Origin: an uncultured virus (IMG/VR IMGVR_UViG_3300024354_000012)
Lineage: Duplodnaviria; Heunggongvirae; Uroviricota; Caudoviricetes
Reading direction: 5' to 3' (one strand)
Length of the DNA stretch: 64,000 bases
Virus record (IMG/VR): IMGVR_UViG_3300024354_000012
Part shown: positions 44,560 to 55,282 of the stretch, in pieces
Position numbering within the stretch: position 1 is the first letter of the stretch
Layout: each line of letters starts with the position of its first letter
The notes under the pieces: generated by a model
The model's database searches: none
What the model was told of the DNA's origin: nothing
What the model saw: only the letters and a program-made list of their open reading frames with translations
Program-made: the position numbers and the translations under genes

Positions 44560-45131
44560 CTCCACAGGCTCTTTTCCCAACAGTAGTAGCTACATCTGAT
44601 TTTAGCAAAGATTTAGATATTCCTGTGCTTTTAAAAATTATAGAAAGACAAAAAACTAACCCACATAGTCTAGTCGACGAATCACCTAGTAGTTATGGTA
44701 CATATATCAATGTGTTAGATGACATCAAACTAGAAGGTTTGAAAAAAAGAATACAGGTAGAAGTCGACAACTATACCGAACTGCTGGGACTTAGAAAAGT
44801 AAAGATAACTGGATCGTGGTTTAATATTCTAGGACAGGGAGGTAGAGTCAATGCTCACAGACATGAGTTGAGTGTGATATCAGGTGCCTTTTATGTCAAG
44901 GCAGATCCTGGTAGTGTTGGATTAAGATTACACAGTCCGCTGGCTCCTATGCGTATGTATGAATTCGCAGAAAAGGTGAATGACATCAACAGCAATTTTT
45001 GGGTGATGCCCTGTTACACTGGACAACTGGTTTTATTTCCTAGTTGGTTAGAACATAGCACACTTCCAAACCAAACTGAATCTAGAATAACGGTCAGTTT
45101 TAACACCAAATATATCAAAGAAATAGGTTGA
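44556..45131 (+). CDS. putative 2OG-Fe(II) oxygenase (TIGR02466-like)
   Basis: LFPT, HRH...ISGAFY, FPSWLEH, RITVSFN. Confidence 0.85.
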   Translation: MTPQALFPTVVATSDFSKDLDIPVLLKIIERQKTNPHSLVDESPSSYGTYINVLDDIKLEGLKKRIQVEVDNYTELLGLRKVKITGSWFNILGQGGRVNAHRHELSVISGAFYVKADPGSVGLRLHSPLAPMRMYEFAEKVNDINSNFWVMPCYTGQLVLFPSWLEHSTLPNQTESRITVSFNTKYIKEIG

Positions 45132-45156
45132 CAGTATAAGTAATTTGCTCTATAAT
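45128..45156 (+). promoter_or_regulatory. sigma70-type promoter
   Basis: TTGACA-17nt-TATAAT. Confidence 0.9.
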
Positions 45157-45180
45157 CTAAATTAGATAAAGGACTCAAAG

Positions 45181-45996
45181 ATGCGTAACTATTGGACCTG
45201 TTCAAAATTTGCTGATTGGCTTCGTGGTACTATGAAGCCATCTGCCGAAACTTCTAAAGGTTGGGCTACTTGGAAAAAGGAAGCCAAAGCCAAGCATCCT
45301 GTCCGCTATTGGATTGCCGAAGAAGGTCTCGATTACATCCAAGATGTTTGGATGTTTGTTCCTGATAGGATTAATGATGTCCGCTATTATATCAACAACC
45401 GTTGGATTACTCGTACTCATTGCCTCACTGCTCATGGTCGTGATATCAAACCTGGTAGTTGGTGTGATGTGGGTAATCGCTTTTTGCCATGTCTCTTTAA
45501 TGAACTTGTTGACTTCGTCGAAATCGAACTAGCATGGTCTAATTGTCTTTGGAGCGATGAAGCACGTAAAAAGTATAGCTATCCTTGGTGGCGTCGATGG
45601 TATCGCAACTGGCGCTGTGAAGAAGCTGCCATGGAGTATCTCAATTGGGCCAAAACATTAACCAACGCAGAGTTTTTGGACGAAGATAAGAAGCATGAAG
45701 CTGTTCCTACAGCACAAGCAGAAGCCGCAAAGGAAATCGAAATCCTTTATAAATGGTGGAAGTACGAACGTCCACAACGTCCAGATCCATATGATGTCAG
45801 CGGTTGGTCAGCTATCTGCGAACGTCGTCGTGTAAAGTATCCCGACGAAATTTTTCCAGAAGATGAGAACAAAAAGGAAAAAGCTGAATCTCGCAAAGCA
45901 CTTGACGTATTACACAAATTAGAACGCAAATACGAACAAGAAGATGAAGCGATGATGATCCGTTTAATTAAAATCCGTCAAAGCCTATGGACTTAA
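45181..45996 (+). CDS. Trp-rich hypothetical phage protein
   Basis: AAGGA RBS and promoter. Confidence 0.8.
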   Translation: MRNYWTCSKFADWLRGTMKPSAETSKGWATWKKEAKAKHPVRYWIAEEGLDYIQDVWMFVPDRINDVRYYINNRWITRTHCLTAHGRDIKPGSWCDVGNRFLPCLFNELVDFVEIELAWSNCLWSDEARKKYSYPWWRRWYRNWRCEEAAMEYLNWAKTLTNAEFLDEDKKHEAVPTAQAEAAKEIEILYKWWKYERPQRPDPYDVSGWSAICERRRVKYPDEIFPEDENKKEKAESRKALDVLHKLERKYEQEDEAMMIRLIKIRQSLWT

Positions 45997-46178
45997 CTGA
46001 AAAGAAAAAACCTTCATTCTTCAGACTTTGGGTACATCAATTTTATATGGCCAATTGCGAAGAACATGACGTGTTCAACGAACCAAAATTAACTATGAGC
46101 CAATATTGGCAAATGTATAAATGGTTCGTTAGAAGTAAATTCAGAGACCAACAACTAAAGGTTAGAAACAATGGATGA
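45987..46178 (+). CDS. hypothetical protein
   Basis: coupled ORF. Confidence 0.6.
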   Translation: MDLTEKKKPSFFRLWVHQFYMANCEEHDVFNEPKLTMSQYWQMYKWFVRSKFRDQQLKVRNNG

Positions 46179-46389
46179 TAAATTAGAAAATGTCTATGTT
46201 GAATATTTGAAATTCACAGACAAAATGGCTGGAGAATATTCTGCCATGGCTATCGCAGGTGTCATGATGGCACAGGCTTTGAGCATCTATAAGACTGCGT
46301 TAAAACCAGACGAGTTTGACAGCATGGTAGAAAACATCGTAAACTGTAAAGACAAAGTGAAAACATTCGCAGGACCTATTTTACAATGA
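46171..46389 (+). CDS. hypothetical protein
   Basis: coupled ORF. Confidence 0.65.
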   Translation: MDDKLENVYVEYLKFTDKMAGEYSAMAIAGVMMAQALSIYKTALKPDEFDSMVENIVNCKDKVKTFAGPILQ

Positions 46390-46637
46390 CCGAAGAAAAG
46401 AAAATGAAAGTGGAATTTGCTCCCGGTGCTTTTGATGGATTCGAAGGCACACAAGAAGAACTTGACGAGTTGATCGCAGAAGTCAAAGCCATGTTCGAAG
46501 GCAAGACTCGTGAAGAAATCGAATCTATGGGTCGTCCAATGGATGATGACCTCTTTGATGACATGAGCGAAGAAGAACAGATTCGCCTTATGAGGTCGTT
46601 AGGATTTGATGATCTACCACCGAGGAATCTACAATGA
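46386..46637 (+). CDS. acidic hypothetical protein
   Basis: coupled ORF, D/E-rich. Confidence 0.65.
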   Translation: MTEEKKMKVEFAPGAFDGFEGTQEELDELIAEVKAMFEGKTREEIESMGRPMDDDLFDDMSEEEQIRLMRSLGFDDLPPRNLQ

Positions 46638-47107
46638 AAGCACAAAAGCCAGCTGAAGGTATTTTGATCAACAGAGATTACGGTGATGCTAAAAACTACA
46701 CCGTAACCTGCGAGTGCGGGGACAGCGATCATTCTCATCACATCTGGGTTGAATCCGAAGATACTGGCGTCACTGTTCATACTCATACAGAACAAACTAC
46801 CGATTACTGGTCACAAAAATTAGAAACTCGTTATGATATCAATAACGAAATCTATCAGAATATACATTGGTTCTTCGTTGGACTGTTTAATGATTGGTAT
46901 CGTCGATTTAAACTAGTATGGCAAGTATTGACTAAAGGTCATATCAAATATCAGGCTACTATCATCATGACTGAACAACAGGCATTGAACTACGCAGAAA
47001 CACTTAAATCTGCTGTAGCAGATGTAAAAGAATTTAAAAAACAAAGACAATCTAAAAAGGAAAACGTTGAAGCTGTAAGAGCAGCTAGCGAACAAGATTG
47101 CGTCTGA
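46634..47107 (+). CDS. hypothetical protein
   Basis: CEC...H motif; coupled. Confidence 0.7.
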   Translation: MKAQKPAEGILINRDYGDAKNYTVTCECGDSDHSHHIWVESEDTGVTVHTHTEQTTDYWSQKLETRYDINNEIYQNIHWFFVGLFNDWYRRFKLVWQVLTKGHIKYQATIIMTEQQALNYAETLKSAVADVKEFKKQRQSKKENVEAVRAASEQDCV

Positions 47108-47109
47108 TC

Positions 47110-47634
47110 ATGAGTGACCCAAGCAAGAGCCCGCATAGGCATACCTTCCAAAAAGATGGTTATATCAAACGTATGGAAGAAAAGGGAGAAAAGCCTAACG
47201 AAGCTTATCTAGATTACTTCCAACAAATCTTAGAAGATCATAAGCACAAGTTTGACGATCCAGAAAGCCGTGTCAACAACATGGAATACGATCTCCTAAC
47301 CACTGATTGGATTTTAGAAAAAGCTCGTGCTAGCGAAACTTATTCTCAAAATCTTTATGCTGCCATGTGTAATAATGATTTCCAAAAACTAGATGTACTG
47401 CCAATCCTAAAAGAACAGTCTTGGAGTTGCTCATGGAGGTATGCGGGCGGCATCATCGCAGACATGCGACAGCAAGGAGATTACATTGACTGGTACTGTT
47501 CTGGTATCGGTGATGGTCTGGGTAATGGTGACGAAGATGGCACAAAAGGATATGTGGCAGAAAGCGTAGTAACTGATGAAATCAAGGAGGATCTGAAAAA
47601 GCTAGGATGGGTTGTCCTAGATAACGATGACTGA
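47110..47634 (+). CDS. hypothetical phage protein
   Basis: SCSWRYAGG...DYIDWYCSG. Confidence 0.7.
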   Translation: MSDPSKSPHRHTFQKDGYIKRMEEKGEKPNEAYLDYFQQILEDHKHKFDDPESRVNNMEYDLLTTDWILEKARASETYSQNLYAAMCNNDFQKLDVLPILKEQSWSCSWRYAGGIIADMRQQGDYIDWYCSGIGDGLGNGDEDGTKGYVAESVVTDEIKEDLKKLGWVVLDNDD

Positions 47635-47962
47635 TATGATTATCGACGACGGTTACAGAAAGCATGTGTTGGAAAGATTGCGAGCCAACATTAAAGCTAT
47701 AAGAAATATCGCAGAAGATTCCCTAGAGGGAGAACTATTGATAGGCATTTATGCTGTAGGAGATGTCATCCAAGCTGGAAGTTTTGATGAATCTAGCGAA
47801 GTAGAATTGCTATTTCATATCGATGGTGATGGTGAAATGGACCCTTATCTCTCAGATCAACTTCAAATTGATTTGGAATTAAATCCAGTCAGTGATTTGG
47901 AAAGCATCAAAGCTATCGTTTGGAGAGGTCCTATCGAAGAAGATACAGTGAGGTTGTATTGA
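47627..47962 (+). CDS. hypothetical protein (weak nucleotidyltransferase-like pattern)
   Basis: IYAVG...ESSEVELL. Confidence 0.5.
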   Translation: MTDMIIDDGYRKHVLERLRANIKAIRNIAEDSLEGELLIGIYAVGDVIQAGSFDESSEVELLFHIDGDGEMDPYLSDQLQIDLELNPVSDLESIKAIVWRGPIEEDTVRLY

Positions 47963-48114
47963 AATTTTGGAGACTTTGGGCTAAAGCATTAGGTGAAAAA
48001 TCGGGCAAGACAGACAAAGAAGCCGATATAGTAGCCTTGATTAGGACTTTAATAATATTATGCTATATAATTACCAATGCTTTTATCATAGCAGGGGTCA
48101 TACGCCATTGGTAG
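47959..48114 (+). CDS. small membrane protein (start uncertain)
   Basis: WRLWAKALGEK...IIAGVIRHW. Confidence 0.55.
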   Translation: MKFWRLWAKALGEKSGKTDKEADIVALIRTLIILCYIITNAFIIAGVIRHW

Positions 48115-48117
48115 TGG

Positions 48118-48146
48118 TTGACAGCACTATCATTTGAGCATATAAT
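48118..48146 (+). promoter_or_regulatory. sigma70-type promoter
   Basis: TTGACA-17nt-TATAAT. Confidence 0.9.
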
Positions 48147-48180
48147 AATAGTATTGTTAAACACAGCATAGGAGCAATAG

Positions 48181-49389
48181 ATGGCCGTTACTAAAGCCAA
48201 ACCCAAAAAAGTTGTCGTATCAGCCGGCACACGTCGAGGTGCCAATCCTGATCCAAAGTGGACCGATTGGGAAAAGATGACTGGCGAACAGTATCACCGT
48301 TTTCGCCGTAACGCTGTAGCCTATTACTATGCCGAATACAAGACCGCAGATCTTCTTCCTGATCTGTATGCGTGGATGAAAGAAAACAAATACTCGTCAG
48401 AAGATATCCGTATGGCAAAAGCAGCCAATGGATTCAATCTAACACAGGCTGCTATAATCGCTCGTTGTCTGCGTACTGGTATGCCAGACTTCAACGAGAA
48501 AGAAGCCAAGCATTGGGAAGAACTTCCAGGCACCATGGGCGAACTTAAACCTGTAACTATTTTTCTCCGGGAGCGTATCGCAGATGCTATTGAACGCGGT
48601 CGTGACGTCAAAGAACCCGAAGAAGAAAAGAAAGAAGTTTCTACTGCGCCTCAGCCTAGCATCCAAGATCGATTGCGTGAAGCTGCGTTTAAGATGACCG
48701 AGGAAATCGAAGATGCTCACGAAAGCTTCTTGATGGATCCTGAAGGGTTTGACCCCAAGGCTATCAAGATCGTTAACCTACTCAAGGGCAAAGAGTGTAA
48801 AGGTGCTCATGCTCGTGTGATCAAAGAAATCTATCAACGCCCGTTCGACGAAGTCGTTGAAGCTATGGCAGGCAAAGACGAGCAGCTGAAAGAAGGATAT
48901 GCTTGGTTAGGCAAAAAGAATATCAAGAAGCTTCATGATTTTTACCAAGAGATCATCAGTGCTTGTGATATGCTACAGCAAGAAGGCAAAGTCAATCGCA
49001 AGCCACGTGTCAAGAAGGCTGTGCCTAAGGACAAGTTGGTCGCTAAGATGAAGTACAAAAAGACTGACGACCAGCTCAAACTAGTGTCTATCAATCCTGC
49101 GGATATCATTGGTAGTCAAGAAGTTTGGGTGTTCAACACCAAGACTCGCAAGTTGGGCAAATATGTAGCGGCAGCTTACAATGATCTGCGTGTCAAAGGT
49201 ACGACCATCATCGGGTTCGATGAGAACAAGAGCGTACAAAAAACTCTGCGTAAACCCGAAGAACAGTTGAAAGAGTTTAAGGCAGCAGGCAAGGTAGCAC
49301 TGCGCAAGTTCTTGGAAGATATCAAGGCTGTGGACATCAAGCTCAACGGACGTATCAACGAAGACACTATCCTGCTTAAGGTAGCTTAA
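48181..49389 (+). CDS. basic hypothetical phage protein
   Basis: AGGAG RBS; 402 aa. Confidence 0.85.
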   Translation: MAVTKAKPKKVVVSAGTRRGANPDPKWTDWEKMTGEQYHRFRRNAVAYYYAEYKTADLLPDLYAWMKENKYSSEDIRMAKAANGFNLTQAAIIARCLRTGMPDFNEKEAKHWEELPGTMGELKPVTIFLRERIADAIERGRDVKEPEEEKKEVSTAPQPSIQDRLREAAFKMTEEIEDAHESFLMDPEGFDPKAIKIVNLLKGKECKGAHARVIKEIYQRPFDEVVEAMAGKDEQLKEGYAWLGKKNIKKLHDFYQEIISACDMLQQEGKVNRKPRVKKAVPKDKLVAKMKYKKTDDQLKLVSINPADIIGSQEVWVFNTKTRKLGKYVAAAYNDLRVKGTTIIGFDENKSVQKTLRKPEEQLKEFKAAGKVALRKFLEDIKAVDIKLNGRINEDTILLKVA

Positions 49390-52300
49390 ACTGCTGAACC
49401 AGCTATGGTGCCGTTGGCATTAAACACGGTAACCATAGCTGTACCACTAGTGGCTGCTAGAGTTATTGTACTAGCACTGACTTGACCTACAGCATTGGCT
49501 CCTACAAAACTTCCTGCCATCGCTACGTTGGCAAAACCAGAAGCAGTAGTGCTAGCTGTAATCGTGATAGCCTTAGTAGCTGCGTTAGTATTTCTTAGAT
49601 AGATCCTGACTTCTCTACCGGCTGTAAGATTACTGATATTGATAGTTCTTGCTGTACCAGATGCGCTCTGGACATAAGCATAGAAAGTCGTTGTCGAAGC
49701 ATCAACCGTAGCATCGGCATCAGAAGTCGAACTAGAATTGCCATAAGTTGGTGAAACTAATGTTGGGTTTGATCCCAATACAACGTTGCCGGTACCTGTT
49801 GTTGACAACACACTGAGGGTGCCATCACCACCTGAAGTAGTTACGATACCATTCGAAGTCAAACTACCAAGTTTCTTGTTAGTTAGACTTTCTGATCCTG
49901 CTAGTGTGGCCAATGTACCCGTAGTTGGCAGTGTTACACTTGTAGATGCTGTAGTCGTTAAGGTAAGAGCAAAATTACCAGATGTAGTTAGATTATTGGC
50001 AATATCGATATTGCCAGCTAGTTTAACTGTTCGAGCAGCATTTACGACATCTAGTGTCAATGTCCTACCTGCGGTTAACGCTGTCGAACTAGTCGCAGCT
50101 ATCGTTAGATCAAAAGCAGCACTAGTATCGCGTAAGGCAAACGTTCCTACATTCGTGATGCTAGTTGAAGTGCCGCTGATAGTAGGACTGGTTCCGAGAA
50201 CAACACTACCGCTACCTGTGGTTGCTGTTACACTTAATGTACCATCTCCGCCAGATGTAGTCACAATACCGTTTGAAGTTAGGCTTCCTAGTTTCTTGTT
50301 TGTAAGACTTTCAGATCCTGCTAGTGTGGCTAGGGTGCCAGTTGTAGGCAATGTGACGTTTGTAGTGTTTGTTGTTGTCAGTGTAAGAGCAAAGTTTCCA
50401 CTAGTTGTAAGAGCGTTAGCAGTTGTTAGGTTTCCGCCTAAATCAATATTGCCGTTTAATTTAACTGTGCGGTCGGCATTAATAACGTCAACTGTTAGAG
50501 AACGTCCTGCCGTTAACGCTGTAGAACTTGTAGGAATAACTGATAAGTCAAACGCAGCACTTGTATCTTTTACTTTTAGTGTAGTGAAACGACCTGCTGC
50601 CGCGGTCGTTACACCAATGCTCATATTATTGATTGTACCAGCTGTGGCAGGATTTACTGTCACAGTACCTGTGCCTGTGGGACTAAATGTCACATTTAAA
50701 TTTGCTGGACTTGCTGTCAATGCGTTATTAACAGTTGTTGTACCTGTAGCAGCACCGATGCTTACTGTAGTGGCTGCTCCAAAGGCATTAACTGTTGTCG
50801 CTGTGGTATTCAACAGATTAAACGAAGTTTGGTCTGTGGTTATATCACCACCTTTGACCTGTAGATCAAGGTCTACTACAAGATTGTTATTGATATTTGT
50901 CGTACCACTAGAATTTCCAATCTCTATAGTCGTTCCAACTGTAGCAAGATTAACTGTTGACGCTGCGCCAAAGGCATTGATCGTAGTAGCATCAGTGTTC
51001 AACAAATTGAATGTAAGTGCGTTAGTGGTTAGATCGCCACCTTTGATCTGTAGATCTTGGTTGATCACTACATCACTTCTAAATGTAGTTGTACCGCCAG
51101 CTGTTGAGAACGTCAATGTAGTGGCTGCGCCAAATGCCTGGACTGTTGTTGCTGTGCCATCGATTAAATTAAACGAAGTTTGGTTAGTGGTTATATCGCC
51201 ACCTTTAACCTGTAGATCACCATTTATAACAACGTTGTCATTTTTGATCGTTAATGTTCCTGCTCCTCCCGACGCACCAATGTCAATCGTAGTAGCTGCG
51301 CCAAACAGGTTTCCAGTCACTGCATTAGTATTAAACACAGACACTGTGCCTGTCGATGTTGTCGTGATAGATGGCGATGAACCATTTAGATTCAATGATG
51401 TAGCATTCGTTCCGGTAATTGTAGGATTGCCAATAGTCAGCGTTCCGCTGTTGGCTCCTATGTTAACTGCCGTAGCCGCTCCAAATAGATTACCGGTAAG
51501 AGCATTAGTATTGAATACTGAAGCAGTACCTGTGCTAGTAGTACTGACACTAGGATTTGCTCCGTTCATATTGAACGTGCTCAGGTTAGGAGTGGTCAGT
51601 GTAGGATTGTTGATATTGAAAGTGCCTGTTGCTGCTCCCATCGTTATGGTAGTAGCAGAACCACCTATATTCAATGTAGTAGCTGTAGTATTGATCAGAT
51701 TAAACGAAGTCTGATCGGTCTTTAATGTAGTAGCTCTTAGCTCTAAAGCACCTGTTCCGTTTAGATCTATAACTATATCATCATTGGAATTAGTACCTAT
51801 GATGTTATTTTCAAAAATCCTTAGACCATTAGTGTCAACACGACTGTTAAGATAGATAGTGCCGCCACTGCTGCCCAATGTCAGTGTCTGATTGTCAGTG
51901 TCGGTGGTCAACATGGTAACACCAGTTACAGGCGCAGGATTGAATGAAACTCTTATCCTATAACTAACATTGCCAGTATTGCCAGTCCAATCAATGATTA
52001 TCCTATAATTTACTGCTCCATTATAAACTTCTGAATATATGTTACTGATTTGATAACTTTGTAAAGCCACCACACCGCTGGCGCTGTCTAGATTTGACCA
52101 AATCAATGTGCTAGGATCTTGCCTTTGTAGTACGACAGATCCTGATACTATACTATCTAATACTTTATAAACAGCGGTATAATCTAGCATACCGTCACCG
52201 GCTGCTGTGAAGTTGATAGTAACAGTCCTAGCAGCCGACGAGCTTTGTGTTTCATCGGGACTGAGCAATAGTGGATTGCCAATGGTACCAGTACCTGTAA

Positions 52301-53075
52301 CGTTGTCACCAGCACTGATTGTGATACCAGATAGCCCGCCGTCGCTGCTTTCGATATCAGCGACTACTAAATTTTTTACATAAATGGTATTGCTGGTTAT
52401 GTTGCCTCTAGTAGTCACAGACTGTAGATTGTCAGTTTCTGTAACACCGAAACTTTCGAATTTTAATTCTTGTGGGCCGCCGCGTGTGATAGAAATACCA
52501 CGCACAGGAGTTATAGTGATGCTTTGATTAGCACCTGCTGTGCTGCTAAGGTTGATATCTGTAGTTGCTAAAGGAACAGTCATGCTGTATTCAGCAGAGT
52601 TAATGTTCACAGATCCTGTATCTTGATCGATACCGTTGACAAACATACCAGCACCTAAAGTTATGTTTAGGCTGTCTCTGACACTTTTGGCTTCCAGGGT
52701 AGATCCAACAACAGGCAGTGTAGGATGGAAAAATCTCACAGTCCTAAAGGTGTCTATATAGGCTGTATCATAAGGAAAAGTATAATCAGCTACTAGCAAA
52801 TGATTCGACCCAGATCCAACTGACAGCAGATCTATAGGAACGATTTCCCTAGCATTTTGCTCAGTGGTTGCCAGTTTAAATGTGTTGGCTGTGAGATAGA
52901 TAATGTAATACTTGTGTCCGTCTACTAATCCGCCTATACTGGTTCCGCCACCGTTATAATATATAACACCTTGATAATTATTGAATCCGTGGCTGTTCTT
53001 TGTAATTACGTCTGTACCAATGTTAACCGCTGTAGCAGGGTTAAACGTTATCGGGCTAGTTGAAATCGCTGGCAT
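49386..53075 (-). CDS. Thr/Gly/Asn-rich tail fibre/adhesin-like structural protein
   Basis: 1229 aa, internal repeats, TAAATA late motif plus RBS upstream. Confidence 0.8.
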   Translation of the reverse strand: MPAISTSPITFNPATAVNIGTDVITKNSHGFNNYQGVIYYNGGGTSIGGLVDGHKYYIIYLTANTFKLATTEQNAREIVPIDLLSVGSGSNHLLVADYTFPYDTAYIDTFRTVRFFHPTLPVVGSTLEAKSVRDSLNITLGAGMFVNGIDQDTGSVNINSAEYSMTVPLATTDINLSSTAGANQSITITPVRGISITRGGPQELKFESFGVTETDNLQSVTTRGNITSNTIYVKNLVVADIESSDGGLSGITISAGDNVTGTGTIGNPLLLSPDETQSSSAARTVTINFTAAGDGMLDYTAVYKVLDSIVSGSVVLQRQDPSTLIWSNLDSASGVVALQSYQISNIYSEVYNGAVNYRIIIDWTGNTGNVSYRIRVSFNPAPVTGVTMLTTDTDNQTLTLGSSGGTIYLNSRVDTNGLRIFENNIIGTNSNDDIVIDLNGTGALELRATTLKTDQTSFNLINTTATTLNIGGSATTITMGAATGTFNINNPTLTTPNLSTFNMNGANPSVSTTSTGTASVFNTNALTGNLFGAATAVNIGANSGTLTIGNPTITGTNATSLNLNGSSPSITTTSTGTVSVFNTNAVTGNLFGAATTIDIGASGGAGTLTIKNDNVVINGDLQVKGGDITTNQTSFNLIDGTATTVQAFGAATTLTFSTAGGTTTFRSDVVINQDLQIKGGDLTTNALTFNLLNTDATTINAFGAASTVNLATVGTTIEIGNSSGTTNINNNLVVDLDLQVKGGDITTDQTSFNLLNTTATTVNAFGAATTVSIGAATGTTTVNNALTASPANLNVTFSPTGTGTVTVNPATAGTINNMSIGVTTAAAGRFTTLKVKDTSAAFDLSVIPTSSTALTAGRSLTVDVINADRTVKLNGNIDLGGNLTTANALTTSGNFALTLTTTNTTNVTLPTTGTLATLAGSESLTNKKLGSLTSNGIVTTSGGDGTLSVTATTGSGSVVLGTSPTISGTSTSITNVGTFALRDTSAAFDLTIAATSSTALTAGRTLTLDVVNAARTVKLAGNIDIANNLTTSGNFALTLTTTASTSVTLPTTGTLATLAGSESLTNKKLGSLTSNGIVTTSGGDGTLSVLSTTGTGNVVLGSNPTLVSPTYGNSSSTSDADATVDASTTTFYAYVQSASGTARTINISNLTAGREVRIYLRNTNAATKAITITASTTASGFANVAMAGSFVGANAVGQVSASTITLAATSGTAMVTVFNANGTIAGSAV
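49790..50560 (-). repeat. tandem duplication (420-nt/140-aa unit) within fibre gene
   Basis: TLATLAGSESLTNKKLGSLTSNGIVTTSGGDGTLSV occurs twice; DNA copies at about 49864 and 50284. Confidence 0.8.
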
Positions 53076-53132
53076 TATCCTGTCCTTTTACCAAGTATTT
53101 ATTGTTTTTGACAAAGGATAAATATTCGTACT

Positions 53133-54575
53133 ATGGAACAAACCAACATTGATCAAATACTCGGTGGCTTGGCTGATGAGCTAAAAGCCATTTCTGCTGC
53201 TAACAAAGTCACTGCGCCCGGAGAAATACTAGCTGTTATTGAACAGAATCTAGCTAGTCTTTTCAGGAATGTACCCTACGGTTCATTGAGCGGAGACCAC
53301 ATAGAAGGCGGAAAAATCAAAAATTTCAGCAGCTCTGGTATAAGAGATTCTGCTACAAAAACTGTTCTGACTATCGACGACACAGGAATCAAAACTAGAA
53401 ATGCCAGCATCGACAACGTTGATTCCAATCTAAATGTATCTAAAACATTGACTGCCAACGAGCTAGTAGTAGTCAACGATCTCACAGTATCAGGCATTTT
53501 AAGAGCCAATTTAGAAGTAGACTACAAAAAAATACTCAATCAGATTCCGCAAAGAGCCTTTACAGGCGATATGATCGCAGGCGGTACTATAAGAAACTTT
53601 GCTAGTACCGGTATACGAGATGTAGCTACTAGTCCAAAGATCGTAGTCCAAGATGATGCTGTAGCGATAGAAGCACTCAAGACTCCTTTAATCAAAGGCG
53701 ATGTCGCTGTAGAAAACTCACTCACAGTCAAAGATGCCAGGATTACTGGCACACTTACTGCTGAAGTAATTACTGTAAAAGAATTAAGAACTGATATCAG
53801 GATTGAAAGATCTACACCATTAGAATTCGTAGAGACAGCAGACAGTCCTATCATAGGAAAAGGGCTAGTTTGGAAAAGCGGTAAGAGTCCTAAACAACTG
53901 ATATTAAAAGATCAAGAAACTATTTGGTCTTCACAAAATATAGATCTAGCACAAGAACGTTCTTACATGATAGACAGTGTGTCTGTGCTGAGTGTAAAAG
54001 AACTTGGGCCCACAGTTTCCAAGAGCAGACTCAAAGAAGTCGGCAATCTTAATAAACTAACAGTGTTGGGAGATGTAAACTTCAATGATGTATTCGTTTA
54101 CAATTCTGTCAGCGATAGGATTGGTATAGGCATAGAACAAGGACACAGCAAGCTATCTGTATTCGAGCATAATGTAGAAATCATGGTAGGCACTAAAGAT
54201 CAAAGCAAGGCTGTGATCGGAACTTTTGCCAGCAATGAATTACATCTAGTCACAGATGATACTTCAAGGATCGTGATTGACGGCTCTGGTAATACCACAG
54301 TGGGCGATGCCAATAATCCAAAACAGGTCAAGATATTTGGCAAGGTTAGTATAGGTATCAAGAATCCAGATCCTTCAGTTTCACTACATGTCGACGGACC
54401 TATCAGGATCGCAGATCGACTACAGTCATATGGTTCAGCAGCACCTATCTATGGTACTTACAAGAAAGGTGATATTGTTTGGAATTCAGAACCTGCTATC
54501 AATCAACCCATAGGTTGGGTATGTGTAGCAGACGGTAGCCCTGGTATCTGGGCCAAGTTTGGTATGATCGGATAA
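53133..54575 (+). CDS. putative virion/tail-associated protein
   Basis: GDxIxGG repeat, RIGIG/VSIGIKNP strands, C-terminal GWVC...G.W; late motif. Confidence 0.65.
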   Translation: MEQTNIDQILGGLADELKAISAANKVTAPGEILAVIEQNLASLFRNVPYGSLSGDHIEGGKIKNFSSSGIRDSATKTVLTIDDTGIKTRNASIDNVDSNLNVSKTLTANELVVVNDLTVSGILRANLEVDYKKILNQIPQRAFTGDMIAGGTIRNFASTGIRDVATSPKIVVQDDAVAIEALKTPLIKGDVAVENSLTVKDARITGTLTAEVITVKELRTDIRIERSTPLEFVETADSPIIGKGLVWKSGKSPKQLILKDQETIWSSQNIDLAQERSYMIDSVSVLSVKELGPTVSKSRLKEVGNLNKLTVLGDVNFNDVFVYNSVSDRIGIGIEQGHSKLSVFEHNVEIMVGTKDQSKAVIGTFASNELHLVTDDTSRIVIDGSGNTTVGDANNPKQVKIFGKVSIGIKNPDPSVSLHVDGPIRIADRLQSYGSAAPIYGTYKKGDIVWNSEPAINQPIGWVCVADGSPGIWAKFGMIG

Positions 54576-54577
54576 AG

Positions 54578-55168
54578 ATGCCAGTCCTAGCGATAGGAAA
54601 CGGTGAAAGCCGAACAAACATAGATCTAACACCGTATACTAAAAAATATCTCACAGTAGGTTGTAATGCTCTGATCAGAGACTACGATGTCGATCATCTG
54701 GTCTGTGTAGATCGAAGAATGGTCACGGAAGCAGTAGCATTAAACAAACAATGTCGCATCTATACTAGACCAGATTGGATCGATCAATTTCAATCATATC
54801 CCCAAGTAACTACGGTACCCAAATTGCCTTATAAAGGTGATCAAAGAGCAGACGAGCCATTCCAATGGGGTAGTGGACCTTATGCTATATTGCTAGCTGC
54901 CAATCTATGTACAGACACAGTATACATGATGTCTTTTGATCTATATGGAAAAGTAGACAAGGTCAACAACGTGTACAAAGGTACATCCAATTATGTCAAA
55001 GACGATTCTCATGCTATAGATCCTAGTTATTGGATACATCAAACCAAAAAAGTATTCGAAAGTTTTCCAGAGTTAACATTTGTGATAGTCAACGATGATG
55101 ATTGGCCTAATCCATTAGAATGGCGACTGCCCAATGTGGAACTAATCAGTTTTAAAGATTTCTCTTGA
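54578..55168 (+). CDS. hypothetical protein, glycosyltransferase/MptE-like Rossmann fold
   Basis: IGNGESR, VGCNA, LVCVD, SGPYA, FDLY. Confidence 0.55.
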   Translation: MPVLAIGNGESRTNIDLTPYTKKYLTVGCNALIRDYDVDHLVCVDRRMVTEAVALNKQCRIYTRPDWIDQFQSYPQVTTVPKLPYKGDQRADEPFQWGSGPYAILLAANLCTDTVYMMSFDLYGKVDKVNNVYKGTSNYVKDDSHAIDPSYWIHQTKKVFESFPELTFVIVNDDDWPNPLEWRLPNVELISFKDFS

Positions 55169-55206
55169 CCATGTTATAAATATCCTGTAACATTATTAAA
55201 TGTTAC

Positions 55207-55246
55207 GAGGACTAAGACGCTCACCCCTCTTTAAATACTCTGCGTG
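55207..55246 (+). promoter_or_regulatory. candidate preQ1-I-like pseudoknot upstream of queD
   Basis: GAGG/CCTC stem, loop ending CACC, A-rich tail, ACGC/GCGT pseudoknot. Confidence 0.4.
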
Positions 55247-55282
55247 TCATCAAACTTGCTCATTTGTTACAGGAGACTAGAG

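Noticed and set aside
49786..51714. 642-aa Val-rich ORF on + strand
   Set aside because: Antisense shadow of the Thr-rich fibre gene; no RBS or family motif.
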